Origin: Bacteroidales bacterium
Lineage (GTDB): Bacteria; Bacteroidota; Bacteroidia; Bacteroidales; WCHB1-69
Direction: 5' to 3'
Length of the DNA: 64,000 nt
Assembly (NCBI GenBank): GCA_017395245.1
Contig: JAFPVR010000011.1
Coordinates: 54,659 to 118,658 of the forward strand
The notes under the pieces are model-generated. The model did no database searches. It saw nothing but the letters and a program-made list of their open reading frames with translations, and was not told where the DNA came from. The position numbers were made by a program, and so were the translations under genes. Shown piece after piece: positions 29,951 through 40,459 of the stretch (within the stretch, counting starts at the first letter, position 1; each line of letters opens with the position of its first letter).

Positions 29951-29958
29951 CAAAAATA
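29951..29958 (-). promoter_or_regulatory. -7 box TATTTTTG on minus strand (ATPase 28760-29887)
   Basis: Plus strand CAAAAATA, just downstream (minus sense) of the ferredoxin terminator. Confidence 0.55.
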
Positions 29959-29982
29959 CAAAAAATATCATATTGGGAAAAC

Positions 29983-30016
29983 AAAAAGAGGCGCGGAATC
30001 CCGTGCCTCTCTTTTT
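29983..30016. terminator. Bidirectional intrinsic terminator downstream of the ferredoxin gene
   Basis: AAAAAGAGGCGCGGAATCCCGTGCCTCTCTTTTT, a hairpin flanked by A5 and T5. Confidence 0.8.
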
Positions 30017-30039
30017 GTTGTTAGACAATAACGTCCAGA

Positions 30040-30210
30040 CTACTCCAGGCTGATGGCCTCGCACGGACAAACGTCTGCGCAAGCTCCGCACTCGATGCAG
30101 AGATCAGGGTTGATGGAGTAAGCTGCGCCCTCGGAGATAGCCTCTTGGGGGCATTCGCCGATGCAGGTTCCGCAAGCGGCGCAAAGATCTTCACTAATTT
30201 TGTATGCCAT
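30040..30210 (-). CDS. 2x[4Fe-4S] ferredoxin
   Basis: Start at MAYKISEDLCAACGTCIGECP...CIECGACADVCP. Two CxxCxxCxxxCP motifs. 56 aa. Confidence 0.85.
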   Translation of the reverse strand: MAYKISEDLCAACGTCIGECPQEAISEGAAYSINPDLCIECGACADVCPCEAISLE

Positions 30211-30237
30211 AATACTTTTGGGTTGTTGATTGAGCGG

Positions 30238-30245
30238 CAAAAATA
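30238..30245 (-). promoter_or_regulatory. -7 box TATTTTTG on minus strand (ferredoxin)
   Basis: Plus strand CAAAAATA, 28 nt upstream of the ATG. Confidence 0.6.
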
Positions 30246-30362
30246 CACTTTTTATGGATTGTTGCACACTCGGTGAAAAATTTTATTAAAGGGTTTCGGT
30301 TCATTATTTTGAGGCGATAGATTCCCTTCACGGCGGATTGTTTAACCAGTCCGAAAATTGTG

Positions 30363-30370
30363 TATTTTTG
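30363..30370 (+). promoter_or_regulatory. -7 box TATTTTTG (MFS sugar porter)
   Basis: TAnnTTTG, 30 nt before ATG 30400. Confidence 0.6.
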
Positions 30371-30399
30371 CCGTCTGAATTTTGTTTAACCCCTTGATT

Positions 30400-31950
30400 A
30401 TGAAGAGCAACAGACTGTATATTTTCGCGCTGACGTTAGTGGCCACCATGGGCGGCCTTCTGTTCGGTTACGACACGGCGGTGATTTCCGGCACGGTGGA
30501 GTCGCTGCGGGTCTTTTTCATTGAGCCCCAGGGACTTCCCGCCGCACAAGCCCATGCCTTGGAGGGATTTGTGGTGAGCAGCGCCCTCATCGGGTGTATC
30601 ATCGGCGCCTGTTTCGCGGGCTGGCTCTCGCAGAAACTCGGCCGCAAGCCGTCGCTGATGATTGCCGCCGTACTGTTCCTGCTCTCCGCCATCCGCTCCG
30701 CCTGGCCGGAGATTTTTTGGGGGATGCCCGGCGACGGCGACTACCATTTCATCAACCACTTCGTCTTCTACCGCATCAGCGGCGGCGTGGGTGTCGGTAT
30801 CGCCTCCATGCTCTCCCCAATGTACATCGCTGAGATTGCCCCCGCCAATAGGCGCGGCACGTTGGTCTCCCTCAACCAGTTCGCCATCATCCTCGGCATG
30901 CTCATCATCTACTTCGTGAACTACAACATCGCCCGGCGCGGCGACGCGGAATGGCTCCATACCATCGGTTGGCGGCAGATGTTCGCCTCCGAGATGATTC
31001 CCGCCGGACTTTTCCTCATCGCGCTCTTCTTCGTGCCGGAAACGCCCCGATACCTCGTCATGCGCGGGCGCGAGGAGAAAGCCCTGAAAGTGCTGCGCAA
31101 GACCGCCGGCGACAACGCCGAACGGGAAATTTCCGCCATCCGTGAGAGTCTGAACGAAAAGGCGCAGTCCATGCGGCCGTTCTACACCTTCGTGCTCACG
31201 TGGGTTATTCTGTTTGTAGCTGGCTTCGTTATCTTAAAGTTGTGCAAAGTCACCAGCGCATTCGAGATTTCGCTGCTCATCAGCTTCTTGGTGGCGCTCA
31301 TTTTCCCCTTGCGCACCTACGGCCGCGCCATCATCCTGGTGGGCGTGCTGTTGGCCTCGCTGCAGCAGTTCATCGGCATCAACGTGGTGCTTTACTACGC
31401 GCCGGAAATCTTCAAGACCATGGGCGCGGCCACGGATACGGCTCTGATGCAGCAGATTATCGTCGGGGCAGTGAACCTCTCTTTCACCATCCTCGCCATC
31501 CTGACGGTCGACAAGTTCGGTCGCCGTCCGCTGATGATCATCGGCGCCTTGGTGATGGCCCTCTCCATGTTCATCCTCGGCACCACGTTCTACATGCACA
31601 ATGTGGGCATCGGTTCGCTAATCTGCATGTTGGTCTATACGGCAGGTTTTGCCATGTCGTGGGGACCGGTCTGCTGGGTGCTGCTTTCGGAAATCTTCCC
31701 CAACTCCATCCGTTCCATGGTAATGAGCGTCGCCGTGGCCTCGCAGTGGGTTTCCAACTTTCTGGTTTCCTGGACGTTCCCAATGCTCGACAAAAACGAA
31801 ACCCTCACCGCGATGTTCAATCACGGCTTCTCCTATTGGATTTACGGACTGATGGGTGTTCTCGCAGCCCTCTTCATCTGGAAGATGGTGCCGGAAACGA
31901 CAGGGAAGTCGTTGGAGGAGATGGAGGAATACTGGAAAGAAAAACGGTAG
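30400..31950 (+). CDS. MFS sugar porter (xylose/H+ symporter-like)
   Basis: GGLLFGYDTAVISG, GRK/GRRP loops, PESPRYL-like PETPRYLV and PETTGKSLEE motifs of the sugar-porter family. ATG 30400 chosen (MKSNRLYIF). Confidence 0.9.
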   Translation: MKSNRLYIFALTLVATMGGLLFGYDTAVISGTVESLRVFFIEPQGLPAAQAHALEGFVVSSALIGCIIGACFAGWLSQKLGRKPSLMIAAVLFLLSAIRSAWPEIFWGMPGDGDYHFINHFVFYRISGGVGVGIASMLSPMYIAEIAPANRRGTLVSLNQFAIILGMLIIYFVNYNIARRGDAEWLHTIGWRQMFASEMIPAGLFLIALFFVPETPRYLVMRGREEKALKVLRKTAGDNAEREISAIRESLNEKAQSMRPFYTFVLTWVILFVAGFVILKLCKVTSAFEISLLISFLVALIFPLRTYGRAIILVGVLLASLQQFIGINVVLYYAPEIFKTMGAATDTALMQQIIVGAVNLSFTILAILTVDKFGRRPLMIIGALVMALSMFILGTTFYMHNVGIGSLICMLVYTAGFAMSWGPVCWVLLSEIFPNSIRSMVMSVAVASQWVSNFLVSWTFPMLDKNETLTAMFNHGFSYWIYGLMGVLAALFIWKMVPETTGKSLEEMEEYWKEKR

Positions 31951-31961
31951 AATAAGGGCCG

Positions 31962-31989
31962 GTAGAGACGCGCCACAGCACGTCTCTAC
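31962..31989. repeat. REP-like palindrome (variant core)
   Basis: GTAGAGACGCGCCACAGCACGTCTCTAC between convergent genes (the MFS gene and the small ORF/valS). Confidence 0.8.
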
Positions 31990-32153
31990 TTGATTTTCCC
32001 CTTCTTTTTCATCCAGAAATACATTCCCCAATAGGCTAATGTCACGCCGAGGGTGATGCCCAGCACCATCGGGAACCGGTCTTTCAGACTGGAGAAGGTG
32101 ATGGGTATCAGCAAGGCTGCCAACAGGACAAAGTAGCGTAATACCGCTTTCAT
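31986..32153 (-). CDS. Possible small membrane protein (55 aa)
   Basis: My own translation: MKAVLRYFVLLAALLIPITFSSLKDRFPMVLGITLGVTLAYWGMYFWMKKKGKIK*. Two hydrophobic helices. Starts 2 nt after the valS stop. Its stop lies in a REP arm. Below the ORF-track length cutoff. Confidence 0.35.
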   Translation of the reverse strand: MKAVLRYFVLLAALLIPITFSSLKDRFPMVLGITLGVTLAYWGMYFWMKKKGKIK

Positions 32154-32154
32154 A

Positions 32155-34794
<2,640 letters not shown>

Positions 34795-34859
34795 AATCTT
34801 TATAATCGTTTGTAAATTAACAAAATAAGTGTATTGTTCCGCTTTGGGGGAACAAGCGG

Positions 34860-34867
34860 CAAAGATA
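34860..34867 (-). promoter_or_regulatory. -7 box TATCTTTG on minus strand (valS)
   Basis: Plus strand CAAAGATA, 66 nt upstream of the valS start and directly after the heptamer hairpin. Confidence 0.55.
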
Positions 34868-34894
34868 GTATTTTTTGGGTTACAGGCTTCAAAA

Positions 34895-34931
34895 AGACGT
34901 AAGACTTTAGACTTAAGACTTTAACGAGACT
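34895..34931 (+). repeat. Inverted short arm of the same heptamer (AGACKTW x4-5)
   Basis: AGACGTA AGACTTT AGACTTA AGACTTT AACGAGACT is the reverse complement of the family at 34941-35087, separated by a 9-nt loop. An A5 run (T5 on the minus strand) flanks it. Confidence 0.85.
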
Positions 34932-34940
34932 ACAATCCAT

Positions 34941-35087
34941 AGTCCCAAGTCTCAAGTCTTAAGTCTCAAGTCTCAAGTCTCAAGTCCCAAGTCCCAAGTC
35001 CCAAGTCTCAAGTCTTAAGTCTTAAGTCTTAAGTCTCAAGTCTCAAGTCTTAAGTCTCAAGTCTTAAGTCTCAAGTCCCAAGTCTAT
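34941..35087 (-). repeat. Heptamer tandem repeat, 21 units (plus strand AGTCYYA; minus strand TRRGACT)
   Basis: AGTCCCA/AGTCTCA/AGTCTTA units counted by eye. The last unit overlaps the stop of 35084-36418. Confidence 0.95.
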
Positions 35088-36418
35088 TTAAAGAAATGCC
35101 TTTCCGCACTATGGCAGCCGGCCTCCATAAAAGAGATATATTCCAAGAAGACCTCATCGGGCGTTTGCGGGAAAGAGGAGTGCCCGAATGCATCTGCCAG
35201 TTTTGCAAGCTGTTGCAAGTTGTTATATTCCAACAAATTGCCATCCTCTGCGACATACTGATGCGGAACTTTGGCCGTGTCCGTGTAGGTGCCGGAAACC
35301 TCTTCGGGGAGGTTGGCGGGGAGGATTACGTCGTAGCGGTCTGCATTATCGGGAAGGTAAGCGGTTTGCAGCACCGAAAACTCCGCCTTATCCACCTGGT
35401 TGGCAATGTCTTGCGGGATTTCTGTTCCGAGGGCGTTCCAAAGCAACACGTTGCGGAAGGCGGTGCCGTCGAGGGATGAGGACAGATTCACGGGCGCAGC
35501 GCATACGGGCATGCCCAAAACAGTCTCCATCTTCTGCCGCATCGCATCGTCCAATGCGTGCCCACCCGGCGCGATATGCGGGAATATTCCCATGTCGAAC
35601 AATCCCTGGCTGTTCAGCTCGCCTTTGATGGTCAGAAACCCGGAAGCGGGCTTTGACTGCACATCGAGCAACATGCAGAGGTTCTCCAACTCGTGGTAGG
35701 CCTTTTCTGTCAGCCACCGCTCCCACACAATAAAAGCAGGAGCTTGAATCGCGATTATATCATCAACAAACTTTTGTATGTCAGCGTTTTGTAGATTATT
35801 CTTTTGCAGAAGAGCCTCATAGTCATCCGCTAATAAGGCCTGCTTGTAAGCCCCGTAATTCTTGCCCAAGACCTCCACATAGATGCCCTTCTCCAAATGA
35901 TGTTGGATCAGGTAAAAGTTGACGCTGCGGAAGAAGGCGTAATAGTCCGTAATGTTCAGGGTATCAGGGGTGTTGAACCAGTAGCGCGAGGTGTCGGGAC
36001 AATGTTTCAGGATTTCGAAAACGGCCTTTAACGTTTCCGGAATCTGTAGAGACGTGCCATGGCGCGTCTCCGCATTCGGGAATATGCAATAGAATTTGTC
36101 CGACTGGAACATCTCCGCAAACGGCAGGATATCGTTCTTGTCGGCGAAAAAATCGGTGCCGCGCCGATAGTAGTCAAACGACCCCAATGCATTGGTGTTC
36201 AACACGGTACGCGCAAAACGTTGTAACAAATAGAGGGTTTCGTTGGAATAGCTGCCGGAGGTCATCACCAATGTACCATTGGTTTCCGACTTTTGTAATT
36301 TTTGGCCAATATATTGGAATGCCTCCTCAAACGGCACCTCCACTAATTGTCCGTTTTTTCGAATATATGGTTTGGTAATTCGTTGATTCATCGTGACATC
36401 GTTAAAAAAGTTGTCCAA
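35084..36418 (-). CDS. Molybdopterin-oxidoreductase-family-like protein (no N-terminal Fe-S Cys motif seen)
   Basis: The N-terminus ITKPYIRKNGQLVEVPFEEAFQYIGQKL...SNETLYLLQRFARTVLNTNALGS resembles domain I of the formate dehydrogenase/NuoG family. Carries an in-frame REP palindrome. Confidence 0.55.
   Translation of the reverse strand: MDNFFNDVTMNQRITKPYIRKNGQLVEVPFEEAFQYIGQKLQKSETNGTLVMTSGSYSNETLYLLQRFARTVLNTNALGSFDYYRRGTDFFADKNDILPFAEMFQSDKFYCIFPNAETRHGTSLQIPETLKAVFEILKHCPDTSRYWFNTPDTLNITDYYAFFRSVNFYLIQHHLEKGIYVEVLGKNYGAYKQALLADDYEALLQKNNLQNADIQKFVDDIIAIQAPAFIVWERWLTEKAYHELENLCMLLDVQSKPASGFLTIKGELNSQGLFDMGIFPHIAPGGHALDDAMRQKMETVLGMPVCAAPVNLSSSLDGTAFRNVLLWNALGTEIPQDIANQVDKAEFSVLQTAYLPDNADRYDVILPANLPEEVSGTYTDTAKVPHQYVAEDGNLLEYNNLQQLAKLADAFGHSSFPQTPDEVFLEYISFMEAGCHSAERHFFK
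36046..36073. repeat. REP-like palindrome inside a CDS
   Basis: GTAGAGACGTGCCATGGCGCGTCTCCGC. On the minus strand it is read in frame as AETRHGTSL within 35084-36418. Confidence 0.85.
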
Positions 36419-36434
36419 GTTGTCCGAGTTGTCG

Positions 36435-37178
36435 TTATTCCTGTGTCAACCGGTGGAAGAGTTGTTCCATGCCGAGGGCGTCGAGGTCGGCGGCGGTTTT
36501 GAGGCCGACTTTCTCGGCGAGGAGATGGAGGTCTTTGGTCAGGGTGTCGGCCACCAACTTGCCCTTGTTGATGATGACCACGTGGTCGCACATGGCCTGC
36601 ACCTCCTGCATGATGTGGGTGGAGAGCAGCACGGTGCGGTTCTTGCCGTAGGTGCGGATAAGTTCGCGGATTTCAATGAGTTGGTTCGGATCAAGACCAG
36701 TGGTGGGCTCGTCGAGAATCAGCACTTCGGGATTGTGAATCAAAGCCTGCGCAATACCCACGCGCTGTTTGTAGCCTCGCGACAACGCCCCGATTTTTTT
36801 GTGCTGTTCGGGAGTAAGGCCCGTACGTTCCACGACCTCATCCACGCATTTCTTCTTATCCTTCAGCTTGAAAACGCCAGCCACAAACTCCAGAAACTCA
36901 CGTACATACATATCGTAATAGAGCGGGTTGGCCTCCGAGAGGTACCCGACAATCCGATGCAGTTTCAGGGAATCCTTCCAGATGTCGAGACCGCAGACGG
37001 TGACATCGCCTTCCGTGGGCGGGATCAGTCCGGTGATGATCTTCATCATGGTGGTCTTGCCGGCGCCGTTCGGTCCTAAAAACCCGACGATTTCGCCTTT
37101 TTTCGCTTCAAAACTGACCTTATCGAGGGCATGCTGCTGCCCGAAAACCTTGGTGACGTTGTTGACAATTATCGACAT
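36435..37178 (-). CDS. ABC transporter ATP-binding protein (GldA-like)
   Basis: GPNGAGKTT, LSRGYKQRV and ILDEPTTGLD motifs. 247 aa. Confidence 0.9.
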   Translation of the reverse strand: MSIIVNNVTKVFGQQHALDKVSFEAKKGEIVGFLGPNGAGKTTMMKIITGLIPPTEGDVTVCGLDIWKDSLKLHRIVGYLSEANPLYYDMYVREFLEFVAGVFKLKDKKKCVDEVVERTGLTPEQHKKIGALSRGYKQRVGIAQALIHNPEVLILDEPTTGLDPNQLIEIRELIRTYGKNRTVLLSTHIMQEVQAMCDHVVIINKGKLVADTLTKDLHLLAEKVGLKTAADLDALGMEQLFHRLTQE

Positions 37179-37204
37179 GTTCTTCGTTCTTCAAAATAAG
37201 GGCG

Positions 37205-37212
37205 CAAAGGTA
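37205..37212 (-). promoter_or_regulatory. -7 box TACCTTTG on minus strand (ABC ATPase)
   Basis: Plus strand CAAAGGTA, 27 nt upstream of the start. Confidence 0.55.
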
Positions 37213-37265
37213 CAAATTTTTAGGTTAGGAACGAACTGCATTCCTGCGGTTCAATCCATTGCATT

Positions 37266-37293
37266 GTAGAGACGTGCCATGGCACGTCTCTAC
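37266..37293. repeat. REP-like palindrome (perfect, core TGCCATGGCA)
   Basis: GTAGAGACGTGCCATGGCACGTCTCTAC. CTA 37290-37292 is the TAG stop of the minus-strand gene 37290-38420. Confidence 0.9.
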
Positions 37294-38420
37294 CGTGCCT
37301 TCAACCACTTCTTCGCCTTCCCGCCCTTGGCCTTCGTCAGGCGGACGGTCGAGAGCGCGTGGTTGTCGATCACGTTCTGGTGAATCTCGAAGAAGTATTT
37401 TCCGGCGGGCGCGGAGGCGAGTTCGGAACGGAACTCGTTGGCGTACAGCTTGTCTAACGCCTGATCCTTCACCACGTACCCTTTATTGGTTTTTTGCACC
37501 CAGACCGACGTCCTGTTGGAGGAGATGTGGTAGCTGAGCTCCTCTTTCACGGGCATGGAAAAACCGTAGCGGTAAGGCTGCGACATCCGCAGGTCCACAT
37601 CCTGCAGCAAAGCCGTATTGAACGCATGATCCGTCTGATTCCCATTGATATACATCTCCACGATGCCATTGGTGTCCAACGAGACCACAAATGTGATGTC
37701 CGACTCGATGGGCTGCGGATTCTGGCAGGCGGTGGTGTTGAGCAGTTGGAACAAGTAATCGTCCATCACGACGTACTCTTCCGGGAAAACCGACCGGTAA
37801 ACCAACGAGTTGTTCCGTTCGGCATCCAGAAAATCGGTGATGGAATCCACTTTCTGGACAAAATCGCCGGGGAACTGGTATTTTTTCCATTTGTAGCCGT
37901 AGCTTTCAGCCTGCTCGACCCAGTTGTGGTACATCTCGCGGGCTTTCCCGTATTCACCCTCCATATTGAGAAGTTCAATCTGGCAGAGCGATTTGCAAAG
38001 GTCGGCGGTCTGCCGCACCATCTGGAGACGAGATTTCAGCGAGTCGGTATGCGGGATGTCAAGAGACTCATAATCAGCATATTCTAACGCATCGGCGTAG
38101 TATTTCTGGGCACTCTCGAAATCCTGCATCTCCTCCAGCTGCTGCGCCTGTTTCCAAAGATGGTTGAACCGCTGGTAACACTCTATTTTCAGGATTTTCT
38201 GCCGGATTTTGTCCTTCACCACACGGTCGTTCCGCCCCGAAGGCACGGCATGCAGCGCGTCAAAATAATACTGCTTGGCGACATCGTAAATGCCGCTGTT
38301 GGCCAGAATCTCCGCTTGGGAGTACAATTCTTGGTAAGCCGTGACCGATTTTTGCGCGGAAAGAGACAAGCACAAGCCCATCATAAACAACGTAACACAT
38401 TCTCTTATTGCCTTTTGCAT
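37290..38420 (-). CDS. Hypothetical secreted protein (helical-repeat N-terminal half)
   Basis: Signal-like LFMMGLCLSLSAQ. TPR-like YY.DAL repeats. Stop codon lies in a REP arm. Confidence 0.6.
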   Translation of the reverse strand: MQKAIRECVTLFMMGLCLSLSAQKSVTAYQELYSQAEILANSGIYDVAKQYYFDALHAVPSGRNDRVVKDKIRQKILKIECYQRFNHLWKQAQQLEEMQDFESAQKYYADALEYADYESLDIPHTDSLKSRLQMVRQTADLCKSLCQIELLNMEGEYGKAREMYHNWVEQAESYGYKWKKYQFPGDFVQKVDSITDFLDAERNNSLVYRSVFPEEYVVMDDYLFQLLNTTACQNPQPIESDITFVVSLDTNGIVEMYINGNQTDHAFNTALLQDVDLRMSQPYRYGFSMPVKEELSYHISSNRTSVWVQKTNKGYVVKDQALDKLYANEFRSELASAPAGKYFFEIHQNVIDNHALSTVRLTKAKGGKAKKWLKAR

Positions 38421-38458
38421 GCCTCTCTTAACAAATAACAGTTAAATTTTTGGAGGTG

Positions 38459-38466
38459 CAAAGATA
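38459..38466 (-). promoter_or_regulatory. -7 box TATCTTTG on minus strand (37290-38420 gene)
   Basis: Plus strand CAAAGATA, 39 nt upstream of the start. Confidence 0.55.
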
Positions 38467-38479
38467 CACAAAAAAATGA

Positions 38480-38487
38480 TATTTTTG
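38480..38487 (+). promoter_or_regulatory. -7 box TATTTTTG (hydrogenase regulator/hydG operon)
   Basis: TAnnTTTG, 72 nt before ATG 38559. Back-to-back with the divergent box. Confidence 0.5.
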
Positions 38488-38558
38488 CACGCTCATTCGG
38501 GTACACAATACCCGCGTGACATCTTTTAGTGTAATAACCTGATCCTAAAGAAGTTCTG

Positions 38559-38804
38559 ATGGAAAAGCGAATCGGCACCATTACGGTATTATTGTCAGAC
38601 AGAGCGTCGGCGGCCTCCGTGAACGAGGTCATCTCTGCGCATTCGGGCATTGTGCTCGCGCGCCAAGGCCTTCCCTTCCACGACCGCCCCGTGGCCGTCA
38701 TCTCCCTCATCGTCGAAGGCGATGTGGACGAGATCAACTCGTTGTCGGGACAGTTAGGAAAGATCCCAGATGTGACCACGAAAGCGGTGGTGACGAAAAC
38801 ATAA
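38559..38804 (+). CDS. TM1266-family putative iron-only hydrogenase system regulator (ACT/NikR-C-like)
   Basis: 81 aa (RIGTITVLLSDR...SLIVEGDVDEINSLSGQLGKIPDV), immediately upstream of hydG as is typical for this family. Confidence 0.65.
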   Translation: MEKRIGTITVLLSDRASAASVNEVISAHSGIVLARQGLPFHDRPVAVISLIVEGDVDEINSLSGQLGKIPDVTTKAVVTKT

Positions 38805-38843
38805 TACCCCCCCTGCCCCCCTAAGGGGGGGGATTACTCCCCG

Positions 38844-38918
38844 TAAACCTCTAAACTCCTAAACTCTAAACATTCTATAACCAATAACCAATAACCGATA
38901 ACCAATAACCCTTACCCA
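38844..38918 (+). repeat. 7/8-mer tandem tract (TAAACYC x4, then ATAACCA x6)
   Basis: Ends 1 nt before the hydG ATG. A/C-only strand bias. Confidence 0.85.
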
Positions 38919-38919
38919 T

Positions 38920-40374
38920 ATGAAATTCAACCCCGAAAAATGCCGCATTCCTGATGAGATCGGGAAGCCCTTTATCGACCCGGAAGAGATCTGGGATTTT
39001 ATCAACAAGACCGAAAGCACGCCCGAGCGGGTGCGCGCGATTATTGCCAAGTCGCTGGCCAAGAACCGCTTGACGATGGAGGAGACGGCCGTCCTCATCA
39101 ACACCACCGACCCTGTGCTGGTGGAGGAGATCAAGGAAGGCGCCCGCACGCTGAAGCGCAACGTCTACGGCAACCGCATCGTGCTGTTCGCCCCGCTGTA
39201 TGTGGGCAACTACTGCGTCAACAACTGCAAGTACTGCGGTTTCCGCTCCTCCAACCACGAGCAGGTGCGCACCACCCTCACCGACGAGGAGTTCGTGCAC
39301 AACATCGAAGCTTTGGAAGAGGACGGCCAGAAGCGTCTGATCCTCGTCTATGGCGAGTCACCGAAATACTCTCCCGAGTTCATCGCACACACCACCAAAT
39401 TGGCTTACTCGGTGCATAAAGGCAATGGCTCCATCCGCCGCGTGAACATCAACGCCGCCCCGCTGGATGTGGAGGGTTTCCGCATCGTGAAGGAGGCCGG
39501 CATCGGCACTTACCAGATTTTCCAGGAGACCTACCATCCTGAGGCTTACAGCTGGTACCACCCCGCCAACACCATCAAGGGCAACTACGAGTGGCGCCTC
39601 ACCTCTATGGACCGTGCCCAGCAGGCCGGCATCGACGACAACGGCCTCGGCATCCTCTTCGGTCTCTACGACTGGCGTTTCGAGGTGTTGGCCATGATCC
39701 GTCACACCAACCACCTGGAGGCCTGCTTCAACGTGGGACCGCACACCATCTCCTTCCCGCGCATCAAGGACGCCTCCGGTCTCGATATTGACAAGAAGTA
39801 CTTCGTCGATGATGACACTTTCGAGAAAATCATCGCCATCTTCCGCCTCGCCGTGCCCTACACCGGCATGATTCTCACCGCCCGTGAGACTTCCGAGTTC
39901 CGCGCCAAAGCCATCCAATATGGCATCTCGCAGATCGACGGCGGCACCAACCTGCAGATCGGCGACTACAAGTACCACCACGAGGAGACCGAGAAGAACA
40001 GCGACAAGCAGGAGGACCAGAACCTGCACCGCGAGCAGTTCAAGATCGGCGACGACCGCTCGTTGGGCGAAATCATCGAGGAGCTGTTGGACAACAACTT
40101 CATCCCGAGCTTCTGCACGGCCTGCTATCGTTTGGGCCGCACCGGCGAGCACTTCATGGAGTTCAGCGTGCCGGGCTTCATCAAGCGTTACTGCACGCCC
40201 AACGCCATCCTCACGCTGTCGGAGTATCTGGTGGATTACGCCACGCCCGAGGTAGCCGCGAAAGGCTGGAAGGTCATCGAGAACAACATGGTGAACGTCG
40301 ATGAGAAATTCCGCGACGAGCTGGTGAAGCGCATCGAGCGCATCAAGGCCGGCGAGCGCGACCTCTACTTCTAA
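38920..40374 (+). CDS. hydG: [FeFe]-hydrogenase maturase HydG (radical SAM, ThiH-like)
   Basis: CVNNCKYCGF radical-SAM cluster motif. C-terminal CTACYR...FM cluster region. 484 aa. Confidence 0.9.
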   Translation: MKFNPEKCRIPDEIGKPFIDPEEIWDFINKTESTPERVRAIIAKSLAKNRLTMEETAVLINTTDPVLVEEIKEGARTLKRNVYGNRIVLFAPLYVGNYCVNNCKYCGFRSSNHEQVRTTLTDEEFVHNIEALEEDGQKRLILVYGESPKYSPEFIAHTTKLAYSVHKGNGSIRRVNINAAPLDVEGFRIVKEAGIGTYQIFQETYHPEAYSWYHPANTIKGNYEWRLTSMDRAQQAGIDDNGLGILFGLYDWRFEVLAMIRHTNHLEACFNVGPHTISFPRIKDASGLDIDKKYFVDDDTFEKIIAIFRLAVPYTGMILTARETSEFRAKAIQYGISQIDGGTNLQIGDYKYHHEETEKNSDKQEDQNLHREQFKIGDDRSLGEIIEELLDNNFIPSFCTACYRLGRTGEHFMEFSVPGFIKRYCTPNAILTLSEYLVDYATPEVAAKGWKVIENNMVNVDEKFRDELVKRIERIKAGERDLYF

Positions 40375-40406
40375 CGAAACATTCTATTTTTTCCATACAT
40401 TGAAAA

Positions 40407-40438
40407 GCGGCCGTCTCTATTGAGATGGTCGCTTTTTT
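40407..40438 (+). terminator. Intrinsic terminator of hydG
   Basis: GCGGCCGTCTC-TATT-GAGATGGTCGC (two G-U pairs on the plus strand only) followed by TTTTTT. Confidence 0.85.
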
Positions 40439-40459
40439 AGGTGCAGCGGCATTGCGTGC

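Noticed and set aside
34941-35087. Possible CRISPR array (regular short repeats), also considered for 54400-54553 and 50868-51000.
   Set aside because: The units are 6-7 nt and directly abut one another with no unique spacers. No cas genes are present. These are microsatellite-like tandem repeats.
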